DNA from: a virus | Taxonomy: Duplodnaviria; Caudoviricetes | IMG/VR virus record: IMGVR_UViG_3300006803_000001 | Span: 1 to 53,875 of that record | Strand: one strand, 5' to 3' | Length of the DNA stretch: 53,875 bases | Part shown: positions 8,990 through 16,472 of the stretch, in pieces | Layout: each line of letters opens with the position of its first letter | Numbering within the stretch: the first letter of the stretch is position 1 | Notes under the pieces: model-generated | The model's input: the letters and a program-made list of their open reading frames with translations, nothing else | The model's database searches: none | What the model was told of the DNA's origin: nothing | Position numbers and translations under genes: made by a program

Positions 8990-9187
8990 TTATGCGTTGA
9001 TGTCTTCGACGTAATATTGTGTCACTTGTGAGGTGAAATTGTGGATGACGACGACCTTCACTCCGTGGCAAGTATACGTCGAGAATTCTGCGAGCTCTGT
9101 TTGATAGTAATCCGACCATGTGTTTTCGTCGTTTCCGATGAGAGCCCATGCCGCCTCTTTGGTGATTTCGATTGTTGTGTTACTCAT
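8990..9187 (-). CDS. Hypothetical protein
   Basis: Likely start MSNTTI; operon packing. Confidence 0.6.
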   Translation of the reverse strand: MSNTTIEITKEAAWALIGNDENTWSDYYQTELAEFSTYTCHGVKVVVIHNFTSQVTQYYVEDINA

Positions 9188-9191
9188 GATT

Positions 9192-9416
9192 TTAAAGGTT
9201 TGGAACTTCGACGAGCTCGGACGTTCTGCCCAAGTCGTATTGACGCTGCCAGAAAGCAACGGCGGCGGCGTGCTCGGCTTCCTGCTCGAGCTTGAGGTCT
9301 TCGGCTGTCTGCTCGTAGTTCTGAGCGGACATGAGGTCGTGATGTTGGCGAATGCTGCCCATTTTCTCGAAAGAATTGGCGCGGTCGTCGCGGTCTTGTT
9401 GGCGTTCTAGGTTCAT
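9192..9416 (-). CDS. Hypothetical protein
   Basis: 74-aa ORF in the small-gene cluster. Confidence 0.55.
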   Translation of the reverse strand: MNLERQQDRDDRANSFEKMGSIRQHHDLMSAQNYEQTAEDLKLEQEAEHAAAVAFWQRQYDLGRTSELVEVPNL

Positions 9417-9420
9417 TGTA

Positions 9421-9504
9421 TTAGATGGAAATCATAATCACCCCCATGAGGATGATCAGTAAAATTGAGATGATGTCGGCGAGTGCGTTGAGGATGGTTT
9501 TCAT
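9421..9504 (-). CDS. 27-aa hydrophobic membrane peptide (not in ORF track)
   Basis: MKTILNALADIISILLIILMGVIMISI* fills the gap after the palindrome at 9522. Confidence 0.5.
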   Translation of the reverse strand: MKTILNALADIISILLIILMGVIMISI

Positions 9505-9521
9505 GTGATAGTGAATGTGGG

Positions 9522-9535
9522 GCGCCCGCGGGCGC
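9522..9535. repeat. Palindrome GCGCCCGCGGGCGC, copy 2 (intergenic)
   Basis: Exact match. Confidence 0.95.
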
Positions 9536-9542
9536 TTTTGTT

Positions 9543-9767
9543 TTAGTGAGGCATTTCGAAGTGATAAATCGCGTCGTAAATGTAAACTCTTTCGGGCACG
9601 GGCAATTTTAGGCTCTCAATCTTGGCTTGTATGTTGTCGACGATTTGACTTTCGTCTTCGAAGCCGCCTGTCTCATAGCATTCGAGTATCATGTTTGGGA
9701 TAATTGCGTGCGCGTGCTTGTAGTCGGCGGCGAATTTCTGTGCGTTGGTCATTGTGTTTGTATTCAT
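9543..9767 (-). CDS. Hypothetical protein (MNTN start)
   Basis: ATG lies 9 nt after promoter copy 2. Confidence 0.65.
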   Translation of the reverse strand: MNTNTMTNAQKFAADYKHAHAIIPNMILECYETGGFEDESQIVDNIQAKIESLKLPVPERVYIYDAIYHFEMPH

Positions 9768-9830
9768 AACGACGTCAATATGGGACATCGCCGTCACCTT
9801 TGCAAGCCCCAATGTGAAAAAATGTGAATT
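9768..9830 (-). promoter_or_regulatory. Repeated sigma70-like promoter, copy 2
   Basis: TTTTTCACA-7-TTGCAA-17-CATATT-9-ATG. Confidence 0.75.
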
Positions 9831-10194
9831 ATTTTCCCTCGGGCAATTCGGGCGTCGGTTCAATGCTCCAAATTCCTTTGTTGCTTTGGAGCGAATAACC
9901 TTCGCCAAATACTGAGGCAATCCAGTTGTCTCGGTCTTTCTGTGACTGCATGCCCATCAATTGATTGATGAACTTGCGCTGTCCCTCCTGCTTGAGCATG
10001 ATGCATGCATTGACTGGTTGAGCTTGCATGATGATCGCCTTTGTTGCGTTGCGCCATTGGTCGGCGTTTTTGCTTTTCCAACTTGTCGCGCTCGGCTTGA
10101 GGTTGAATTTGCTCTCAAATACTCTGCAATAATTCTCCCATGCTTTGCATGCTTCCATGTCGTGCCCGCTGTTGATTTCGTTTTCTGGTTTCAT
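9829..10194 (-). CDS. Hypothetical protein
   Basis: 121-aa ORF with ATGA overlap. Confidence 0.6.
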   Translation of the reverse strand: MKPENEINSGHDMEACKAWENYCRVFESKFNLKPSATSWKSKNADQWRNATKAIIMQAQPVNACIMLKQEGQRKFINQLMGMQSQKDRDNWIASVFGEGYSLQSNKGIWSIEPTPELPEGK

Positions 10195-10421
10195 AGATCG
10201 TCAATGATTCTGAGCGCCTCGAGGCAACTCGCGTATAAATGGTCGCATTCCTTTCGCAGTAATTGGCTCTCGCTTATTTTCTGCAATGCAATGTTCAAGT
10301 CCGAGATCATGGTCTGAATCATGACCAAGTGATACAAAGAGAGAACGCCCTTCGTGTCGGGGTTTTCTTCCCATCGTTGCAAGACCTCGTCTCTAAGCTT
10401 GATTGCGTCGGTGATCGGCAT
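10191..10421 (-). CDS. Hypothetical protein
   Basis: 76-aa helical ORF; tight packing. Confidence 0.6.
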   Translation of the reverse strand: MPITDAIKLRDEVLQRWEENPDTKGVLSLYHLVMIQTMISDLNIALQKISESQLLRKECDHLYASCLEALRIIDDL

Positions 10422-10424
10422 GTC

Positions 10425-10637
10425 CTAACGAATAACTGACATTTTGCATGTCTTCAATCCTTTTGCCGCGAGTGCCGCGGTTGGTGCTTGAATCGTGTCT
10501 TCCCCGTCTTCTGTGACCCATCCTTCTTTGAGGTGAATCGTCACGTTGAACTTTCTCCCGCAGGGTTCATACTGACGGGTCAAACAGTCGACGCGTTGAT
10601 CCCTGTTAATTTGTCCGATGTTTTGTGGTATCTTCAT
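10425..10637 (-). CDS. Hypothetical protein
   Basis: Likely start MKIPQN, overlapping the upstream stop (ATGA). Confidence 0.55.
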   Translation of the reverse strand: MKIPQNIGQINRDQRVDCLTRQYEPCGRKFNVTIHLKEGWVTEDGEDTIQAPTAALAAKGLKTCKMSVIR

Positions 10638-10876
10638 TGGTTGGCAATGTTGTAAAGTTTGTCTTCTAGCTTCATAGCTGCATTGAGGACTGTTTGCGGA
10701 ACCTTTCGGGGCAGGTATGTCTGCCCGTGCTCGACGGCGCCTGTGTCCTCTGCTAGTGCCAAGGAGCCATAATACGACCCGCAAGGGGATTCAATATAAA
10801 GATGGTATTTTTCGCCGTCGTGCTCGGCTTCGATTTTCCAGCGATTGACGACGAGGTTGATTGTGTCTGTGTTCAT
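10634..10876 (-). CDS. Hypothetical protein
   Basis: Start MNTDT follows the hairpin at 10892 and an A/C-rich leader. Confidence 0.6.
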   Translation of the reverse strand: MNTDTINLVVNRWKIEAEHDGEKYHLYIESPCGSYYGSLALAEDTGAVEHGQTYLPRKVPQTVLNAAMKLEDKLYNIANQ

Positions 10877-10911
10877 GTTGTTGGTTCTTGTGCCCCCGAG
10901 GGGGCGATTAA

Positions 10912-11187
10912 TTAAAATGGGACTTCGCTCTCTTGCTCTGCTTTGATATTGGCTTCGCACTGCGCTTGCCAAGCTGCCGCCTCTTCGAGTTCGGCTTTGA
11001 GGGTATCGGCTTCGACTGCGGCTCTCTCTTCTTTTGTCATTCCCTCCCATTGGCGAGCTTCCTCGATTTCTGCTTCGGCGTCTCCGTCGATTGCGGACGA
11101 CCCGTATGCCTCGCGAATGTAGTCTTCATGCGCAAACATGGTGTCGTTGATGTGCTCTTGTTCGGCGTCGTGATAGTAATTATTCAT
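10912..11187 (-). CDS. Acidic small protein ending in EVPF
   Basis: 91 aa, Glu/Asp-rich, follows the hairpin at 11209. Confidence 0.7.
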   Translation of the reverse strand: MNNYYHDAEQEHINDTMFAHEDYIREAYGSSAIDGDAEAEIEEARQWEGMTKEERAAVEADTLKAELEEAAAWQAQCEANIKAEQESEVPF

Positions 11188-11229
11188 AATGTGTTGGTTG
11201 TTGGTTGCGCCCCCGAGGGGGCTGATTGA

Positions 11230-11439
11230 TTAAAGCTTGTATGCCACTTCATAGGCGGCGATTGTCGGAAGCTGCGAACGATAGCGAGTCAAGTCGTCAA
11301 TGATGTCGTCGAGAATCTCGCGTCCGTGCATGTGCTCTTGAGACTCCTTGATCTCGCAACGAACGATCTCTCGAATCTGCTCGAGTATGTCAATGTGCGA
11401 GGCGAACGGGGCGGGTGCTGTGTCAGTGTTTGTATTCAT
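11230..11439 (-). CDS. Hypothetical protein (MNTN start)
   Basis: ATG lies 9 nt after promoter copy 3. Confidence 0.65.
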   Translation of the reverse strand: MNTNTDTAPAPFASHIDILEQIREIVRCEIKESQEHMHGREILDDIIDDLTRYRSQLPTIAAYEVAYKL

Positions 11440-11503
11440 AACGAGACCAATATGGGACATCGCCGTTCCTTTTGCAAGCACTAATGTGAAAAAATGTGAA
11501 AAT
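11440..11503 (-). promoter_or_regulatory. Repeated sigma70-like promoter, copy 3
   Basis: TTTTTCACA-7-TTGCAA-17-CATATT-9-ATG, immediately after the terL stop. Confidence 0.75.
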
Positions 11504-11505
11504 AA

Positions 11506-12924
11506 TTACAAGCCCCCGATTCTGAGCTTTCCGCTTCGGCGCTTTTTCCACTGCAACGCATATGTCAAGGCGTCATACGCGTGGTCTTCGTGTGTTGTGT
11601 CCACGTCCTCGGGATTTGTTCCGCTCCTGCCAAGTGCGGGAATTGTTCGGATCGCGTGAACGCAATTCTCGAAGAATACCAGACCCGCCCCTCCCTCTGG
11701 GTCAAGTGAGTTGGGCGATAATAAGAGGTGCAACAATTGTGCGCGGTGAACTCGAGACCCTGCCCATTTTTCGACGGGTTTGATTTTGAGCCCTAGCGCC
11801 TGCAATTGCTTCCCTCTCGGGATTGCCTCCTTGCCCGATGCGTCGGCGCTGCCGATGTTGGCGAATGCTCCCGAGTCCATGTTGCCCGTGATCGGCTCGA
11901 CGTGCCTCACTGGTTCGCCTTCATGGTCACAACGACCGAGCCTCTCGTTGATTGCAAGTGCCCGCTCTGCATACTCTCTCGGCAACATGCCTTCCTTGTA
12001 GAGCTCGGCAATGACGTAGTATGTTTTTGTCGTTGGGTTCTGAGTGACCCAATACATTGCGGCGGGGGCGGCGTATCCGTCGTCGGCTCCGACCCAGACA
12101 TCCCAATCAATCGGAATGTCGAACTCTCTGCAAACGTGTCGGCTTCGGTTCCAGACTCCCCCATACATTGCCCCAGCGATGACTTCCCAATCTCCGAGCC
12201 TCAATGCACGAATCAAGTCCCTGTCGCCTAGACCCTCGAGGCGCTGTTCGTAGTCTGGGTCGTTGCTCGTCATGGCGAAGTTGTCCTCGAGCTTGGCAGG
12301 CACAAAAACTCGAGTCATTCCGCCGTCCTCTTTTGCTGCCGTCTTGACTATGTATTCTCCTTGATCGACGAACCCAGCCTTTGCCCAATGATGCCCGACG
12401 CCGCCCGGGTTTGTGCCCAGTATGCTGCGCGGGAACTTGGTTGTCACATGCTTGGGCACGTCGAGCGTTCCGATGCGCATACGGGCTCGTAAATAGCGAT
12501 ACTCGGCTTCTGTGAAGTGTGTCGCCTCGTCTAAGAGCAAAACGTGTATTTCTGCGCCTTGGTATTTCGTCAATGCGTTCGGGTTGGACAGGTGACAAAG
12601 GTTGATGCGGCTCCCGTTGGCGAATCTGACTTGCTTGCCGACGATCTTTGCATGCCCGTCTTCAACGATTGGCGCAAGCATATCTCGGAAACTTCCCGAG
12701 CCTTGCAAGTGGTTGTATTCGAGCTCCGGCCATGTGCGGCGGAAGAGGTAGACTTGCAAATTTGGAACTTGCAAACACCAAAGAATGCCCGCGGCTCTCA
12801 ATAGCCAACTCTTGCCCCCGCCCGCGGCGCCTCCGTATAGTGTCTCGGCGGCGGGGCTGTTGATTGCGGCTTCTTGCTTCGGCTGAATTGTCAGCGTTAT
12901 GCCCTGCGCGTTTTCGGTCATCAA
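11506..12924 (-). CDS. terL: Terminase large subunit
   Basis: Walker A YGGAAGGGKS, Walker B LLLDEATHF, TNPGG.GH.W, nuclease motif DHAYDALTY. Confidence 0.96.
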   Translation of the reverse strand: MMTENAQGITLTIQPKQEAAINSPAAETLYGGAAGGGKSWLLRAAGILWCLQVPNLQVYLFRRTWPELEYNHLQGSGSFRDMLAPIVEDGHAKIVGKQVRFANGSRINLCHLSNPNALTKYQGAEIHVLLLDEATHFTEAEYRYLRARMRIGTLDVPKHVTTKFPRSILGTNPGGVGHHWAKAGFVDQGEYIVKTAAKEDGGMTRVFVPAKLEDNFAMTSNDPDYEQRLEGLGDRDLIRALRLGDWEVIAGAMYGGVWNRSRHVCREFDIPIDWDVWVGADDGYAAPAAMYWVTQNPTTKTYYVIAELYKEGMLPREYAERALAINERLGRCDHEGEPVRHVEPITGNMDSGAFANIGSADASGKEAIPRGKQLQALGLKIKPVEKWAGSRVHRAQLLHLLLSPNSLDPEGGAGLVFFENCVHAIRTIPALGRSGTNPEDVDTTHEDHAYDALTYALQWKKRRSGKLRIGGL

Positions 12925-13502
12925 TCTGACTCGTCGGTTTGGTCAATGAACTCGGGAACCTCTGACTCGTTTTTGTGTATGATGGTGATCGGCGGCATTG
13001 TGGTGACTAGCGGTTTCCCGTCGGCTCCTGTCATTTCCATTTTGTTACGATCTCCCCACCTGTCAGAATAGCGCCTTTTGAGTATCTCCATTTTTGCACG
13101 CCAATCGGTGTCGCTTGCCACTTGCTCGACAAGCATGACCTCGTTGTCCGCTTCGGCGTGTTCGATCGCGTCGAGAAATTGGGTGTATATTGACTCGATG
13201 TCCTCGTCCCTCTCTTTTTGTCCGCGTTCTTTCCATCCGAAAAATGATCGGTATGAGACTCGAGCTCTGCCGCATGCTGCATTAACATATGAGCCCCCGC
13301 GTATTGATGCGCAAATGCTCTCAATCACCTCGATCGTCAATTCGGTTTTTCTTCCCGCTTTCCCCATGTGCTTGAGGTTGCCGCGCATTCGATACCAATT
13401 CAAGGTCAAAACGTCTGTCTCGTTCCTTCCGTGTTCGTCCTCGTTCCATTTAGGGACGGAAACCTCGCGCCCGCGTGGAGTGCGCAACTTTTGTCGAATC
13501 AC
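12921..13502 (-). CDS. terS: Terminase small subunit
   Basis: Immediately upstream of terL; GRKTELT...I..G....AC HTH-like region, WRA..EIL.RRY...WG, and EMTGADGKPL tail. Alternative start at 13367. Confidence 0.8.
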   Translation of the reverse strand: MIRQKLRTPRGREVSVPKWNEDEHGRNETDVLTLNWYRMRGNLKHMGKAGRKTELTIEVIESICASIRGGSYVNAACGRARVSYRSFFGWKERGQKERDEDIESIYTQFLDAIEHAEADNEVMLVEQVASDTDWRAKMEILKRRYSDRWGDRNKMEMTGADGKPLVTTMPPITIIHKNESEVPEFIDQTDESD

Positions 13503-14320
13503 TTTTCACGAATGATGCAAGGGACTGTGCGTTTCCAGTCAATCGAATGATGCAATCTTTTGTGGTTTGCGTTCATCATAGAGACTTGCACACTCGAGGG
13601 TTGCATTGTGACTGTGGTGAAGGATTTGACATATGTTCCATTTGCGTATGCCCCCGTCATCCCGCCCTTTTGTCTTTGTGTCTCTTTCTGGTTGATTGCA
13701 ATCACTGGAATTGTGAGGAATAGGTTTCCTCGGCTTCCCTCGAGTGTGTATGCGTTGACGTCTTCATTGATCCCGACGAATGTGAATTGTCGTTTCGGAG
13801 ACAGTATGAAACTATTCATGCATTTTCGTTTGTTGAATCTGTATTGTTTTTCGTTGTTCCATCCCCCGATGAAGTCTCCGTTCTGTGCCATTGCTACCGC
13901 TTTGCAATTTGTCGACTCATAGAATGCAATCATCATTTCGAATACCTTGTTCAAGTCTTTGATCAATGGCGTTCCTGTTGTGTCTGCGTATTTGTATGCA
14001 ATTTCGTAGTAATCGTCGTCAAGTTGTATGAAGTGATCGAGCCCCAGTTCTCGGGCAATGTCGAAACAAGCGTTTCTCGCGTGCACAATGACGTTGCGGT
14101 TGTCGAAGTTGTTCCCCTCGTCGCTGGCGTCTGCAATCGCTTTCTTGTCGAAGCAAATGACCTTGTCTCCGAATCTCTCTCGGTATTCGTCTGCGGTCTC
14201 GTCTTCGTCGTCAATGATGATGTAAACGTCCCCAGTGTATCCGCATTTTTCAAGGGTCTTGTATGTCAAGACGTTGTCGGCTCTGCCGTGTGAGAGAATG
14301 AATACGGCGTGCTTACTCAT
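13499..14320 (-). CDS. GT-A fold glycosyltransferase, TET-associated/GREB1-like family (putative DNA modification)
   Basis: FILSHGRA, YIIIDDED, ARNACFDIA, FIQLDDD (DxD), NEDVN, Q...GGMT motifs. Confidence 0.72.
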   Translation of the reverse strand: MSKHAVFILSHGRADNVLTYKTLEKCGYTGDVYIIIDDEDETADEYRERFGDKVICFDKKAIADASDEGNNFDNRNVIVHARNACFDIARELGLDHFIQLDDDYYEIAYKYADTTGTPLIKDLNKVFEMMIAFYESTNCKAVAMAQNGDFIGGWNNEKQYRFNKRKCMNSFILSPKRQFTFVGINEDVNAYTLEGSRGNLFLTIPVIAINQKETQRQKGGMTGAYANGTYVKSFTTVTMQPSSVQVSMMNANHKRLHHSIDWKRTVPCIIREK

Positions 14321-14723
14321 ACTCCTCGAGGTATTGCTTTCTTAGCTCTTCGCATATCTTGAGAAATCCGTTTTCGATTGCTGACTCAAAGTCGACAATC
14401 ACAAGGGCGCTCTCTTCCATTAGGGTTTTGACCTCTTGATTTGCGTGCGAATAAAAGTCGGCGATTTTCTCGTAATTAAAAACGGCGTGACGATGTGCGG
14501 CAATGATCAAGAAGTCTTTGACCTCTGGGGGTGCTGTTGAGTCTGCAATTGCTCTCTTGAGCTTCGCAAGCTTGCTTCGGTCTACAAGTTCGAAAACGTC
14601 GGGCGGCTTGTTCTTGGGCTCGTATATTGGCGCCTCGATCTTGAGCTCGTATTTGCCCTCAGTTTCTTCGGGTATGATCTCCTCGGCTCCAAAGAGCGTT
14701 TTCTGTCTATGCATTTTCCTCAA
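14313..14723 (-). CDS. Conserved partner of the phage glycosyltransferase
   Basis: KIEAPIYEP...FL..AA.RH.VFNY.KIAD.Y.HA...LMEESALVI.DF..AIE.G; overlaps the glycosyltransferase start. Confidence 0.65.
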   Translation of the reverse strand: MRKMHRQKTLFGAEEIIPEETEGKYELKIEAPIYEPKNKPPDVFELVDRSKLAKLKRAIADSTAPPEVKDFLIIAAHRHAVFNYEKIADFYSHANQEVKTLMEESALVIVDFESAIENGFLKICEELRKQYLEEYE

Positions 14724-15009
14724 GCTTTGTGGTTTGTTGCTCCCAATATCTCCGATCTTCTTGTCTCCAAGTTTCGGATCTTGATGTCAAGAATGCGGTC
14801 GACTTCACCTCGTTGATGTCTTTCCAAGTTTCTATGTAGAGGCGCCATGCATCCCATTGGTCGAATTCTTCGGGCGTTCTGATGTCTGGTTGCAAGTATC
14901 TGACTTGCCAATACAATTTGCGAGCGGTCAGTTCGTCGGCGTCGTTTGAATAGAGGTGTAATACGTGCCCTAGAAGGTCGGGCTCTGTTTTCGTGAATTG
15001 CGTTTTCAT
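14707..15009 (-). CDS. Hypothetical protein
   Basis: Start MKTQF follows the hairpin/leader unit at 15010-15042. Confidence 0.6.
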   Translation of the reverse strand: MKTQFTKTEPDLLGHVLHLYSNDADELTARKLYWQVRYLQPDIRTPEEFDQWDAWRLYIETWKDINEVKSTAFLTSRSETWRQEDRRYWEQQTTKLEENA

Positions 15010-15042
15010 GTTGTAGCGGTTGTGCCCCCGAAGGGGCGTTTG
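15004..15042. repeat. Intergenic ~39-bp hairpin+leader unit, duplicated at ~15283-15321
   Basis: Minus strand CAAACGCCCCTTCGGGGGCACAACCGCTACAA(C/A)ATGAAA occurs twice. Confidence 0.9.
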
Positions 15043-15045
15043 CAA

Positions 15046-15288
15046 TTAGTGATCGTCTCTTGTGATTTCAGTTTCGGGCGGAGTTTCGATTTCCCAACAT
15101 GTCGTCAAGTGATCGAAAAACTTGTCAAAGTCGTCCTCTTCGAACCAAGAGGTCATTTCGGAGATCAAGTTTTGCTGTATGAATGACGCGGAGCAAGTCT
15201 CGCAAAGCCATTGCACTTTTTCGAATCGGGAGGTTTCATCAATCCACTCGTCTCGGGCGTCAATTTCGTCGTCTGTTGTTGCTTTCAT
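15046..15288 (-). CDS. Hypothetical acidic protein
   Basis: Start MKATTD follows the duplicated leader unit. Confidence 0.6.
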   Translation of the reverse strand: MKATTDDEIDARDEWIDETSRFEKVQWLCETCSASFIQQNLISEMTSWFEEDDFDKFFDHLTTCWEIETPPETEITRDDH

Positions 15289-15322
15289 TTTGTAGCGGTT
15301 GTGCCCCCGAAGGGGCGTTTGT

Positions 15323-15730
15323 TTAAAAGTTGTAATCGTGAAATGCTTTCCATCCTTGGGCAATTTCCATGCGTCCGTCTGGGTTTGTTCTTTTGGCTGT
15401 CCAGACATAACGCCCGCGCCATTTTCTGAGCGTGTATGTTGTGACTTCGCCTTTCGGGTCTTTGCTGATCTCATACTCGAGCTCCCTTTGATTTGTGCAA
15501 TGTCCTGCAAATCCGCCTTTGATAAAGTTCGGGGTTTGCCCTTCCTTGAGGTCGAATTTGTCGTATCGGATTGTCACTTCTCTGCCGTTGCGTTTCACCT
15601 CAATGACTGTCGCGGGACTGATGTCGCTGTAAAAATTGCGGTGCACCTTGTCTCCGACTTTGAATACCCCGTAAGGGTATCGCTCATTCTGCGGCAAGTC
15701 GGCTATCGTTTCGTGTTGTTCTGTTTTCAT
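15323..15730 (-). CDS. Hypothetical phage protein (SH3-like beta fold possible)
   Basis: FKVGDKV...YSD..PATVIEV...YTLRK..GR.V...G....HDYNF. Confidence 0.7.
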   Translation of the reverse strand: MKTEQHETIADLPQNERYPYGVFKVGDKVHRNFYSDISPATVIEVKRNGREVTIRYDKFDLKEGQTPNFIKGGFAGHCTNQRELEYEISKDPKGEVTTYTLRKWRGRYVWTAKRTNPDGRMEIAQGWKAFHDYNF

Positions 15731-15771
15731 GTGATCAAATGGTTTTGCCCCCTTGGCGGGGGCTGTGTTGA

Positions 15772-16293
15772 TTAACCTTCGGCGAGTCTGCGGTTGCTTT
15801 CCTCTTCTGGGGTTGGTGCATAGGGGTCAAAATCGTCTTCCTGCATGGGGACGTTGAGCTCAATATGTTCGGGCTCGTAGTATGGTGATATCTCTTGAGC
15901 TTCGTATTTGAAGAAAAGCCCGTCGCGGTTGTATTGGTCATTAAATGCCTTTCTGATTACTTCGTCCTTATACCAAAAGGTATCTTTCTCGACCTCGGTG
16001 ATGAAGTCCTTGCCGCCCTTGCACTTGTAGCGCCCGTGGTTGTCGTCTCCGATGTGGTCTTCGTTTCCATACCATTCGCGTATCTGGGTGCTGATCTTGA
16101 TTTGTATCGTGCTTTTGGGTTGCTCTTTCATTTCAAGATTGGTGATGTCATAGCTTGTCCACTCTGACCAAAATTGGTCGAACGCGCTTGCAATGCCGTC
16201 GGCGATGACAGTCGCGTGTGTTTGCTCTGTCTGTCCGCGAAGGTTGAATTTGAATTGATACGAGTTGTATGTTTTGTGTTGGTTTGTATTCAT
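15772..16293 (-). CDS. Hypothetical protein (MNTN start)
   Basis: ATG lies 9 nt after promoter copy 4; I.TQ.RE.YG......YKCKGG motif. Confidence 0.7.
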   Translation of the reverse strand: MNTNQHKTYNSYQFKFNLRGQTEQTHATVIADGIASAFDQFWSEWTSYDITNLEMKEQPKSTIQIKISTQIREWYGNEDHIGDDNHGRYKCKGGKDFITEVEKDTFWYKDEVIRKAFNDQYNRDGLFFKYEAQEISPYYEPEHIELNVPMQEDDFDPYAPTPEEESNRRLAEG

Positions 16294-16354
16294 AACGACA
16301 TCAATATGGGACATCGGCGTTCCTTTTGCAAGATTAAATGTGAAAAACTTTGAA
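16294..16354 (-). promoter_or_regulatory. Repeated sigma70-like promoter, copy 4
   Basis: TTTTTCACA-7-TTGCAA-17-CATATT-9-ATG. Confidence 0.75.
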
Positions 16355-16472
16355 TTGCTTTCTTTTTCAAGCTTTTCGGGTATGTTTTAGATCATAAGCG
16401 TGCCGCTTGTGTTTGATGTTTCGTGTTGGTTCTCGTCATCTAATGCAATCGGCACGTCTTTTTTTTCCCAGC

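Noticed and set aside
8038-16354. CRISPR array or integron from the repeated intergenic elements
   Set aside because: Repeats are separated by whole genes of variable length; no cas or integron integrase; no attC-type RYYYAAC/GTTRRRY architecture seen.
16355-16470. tRNA or other RNA gene in the larger intergenic gaps (also ~21965-22100)
   Set aside because: No cloverleaf or T-loop consensus could be built by eye.
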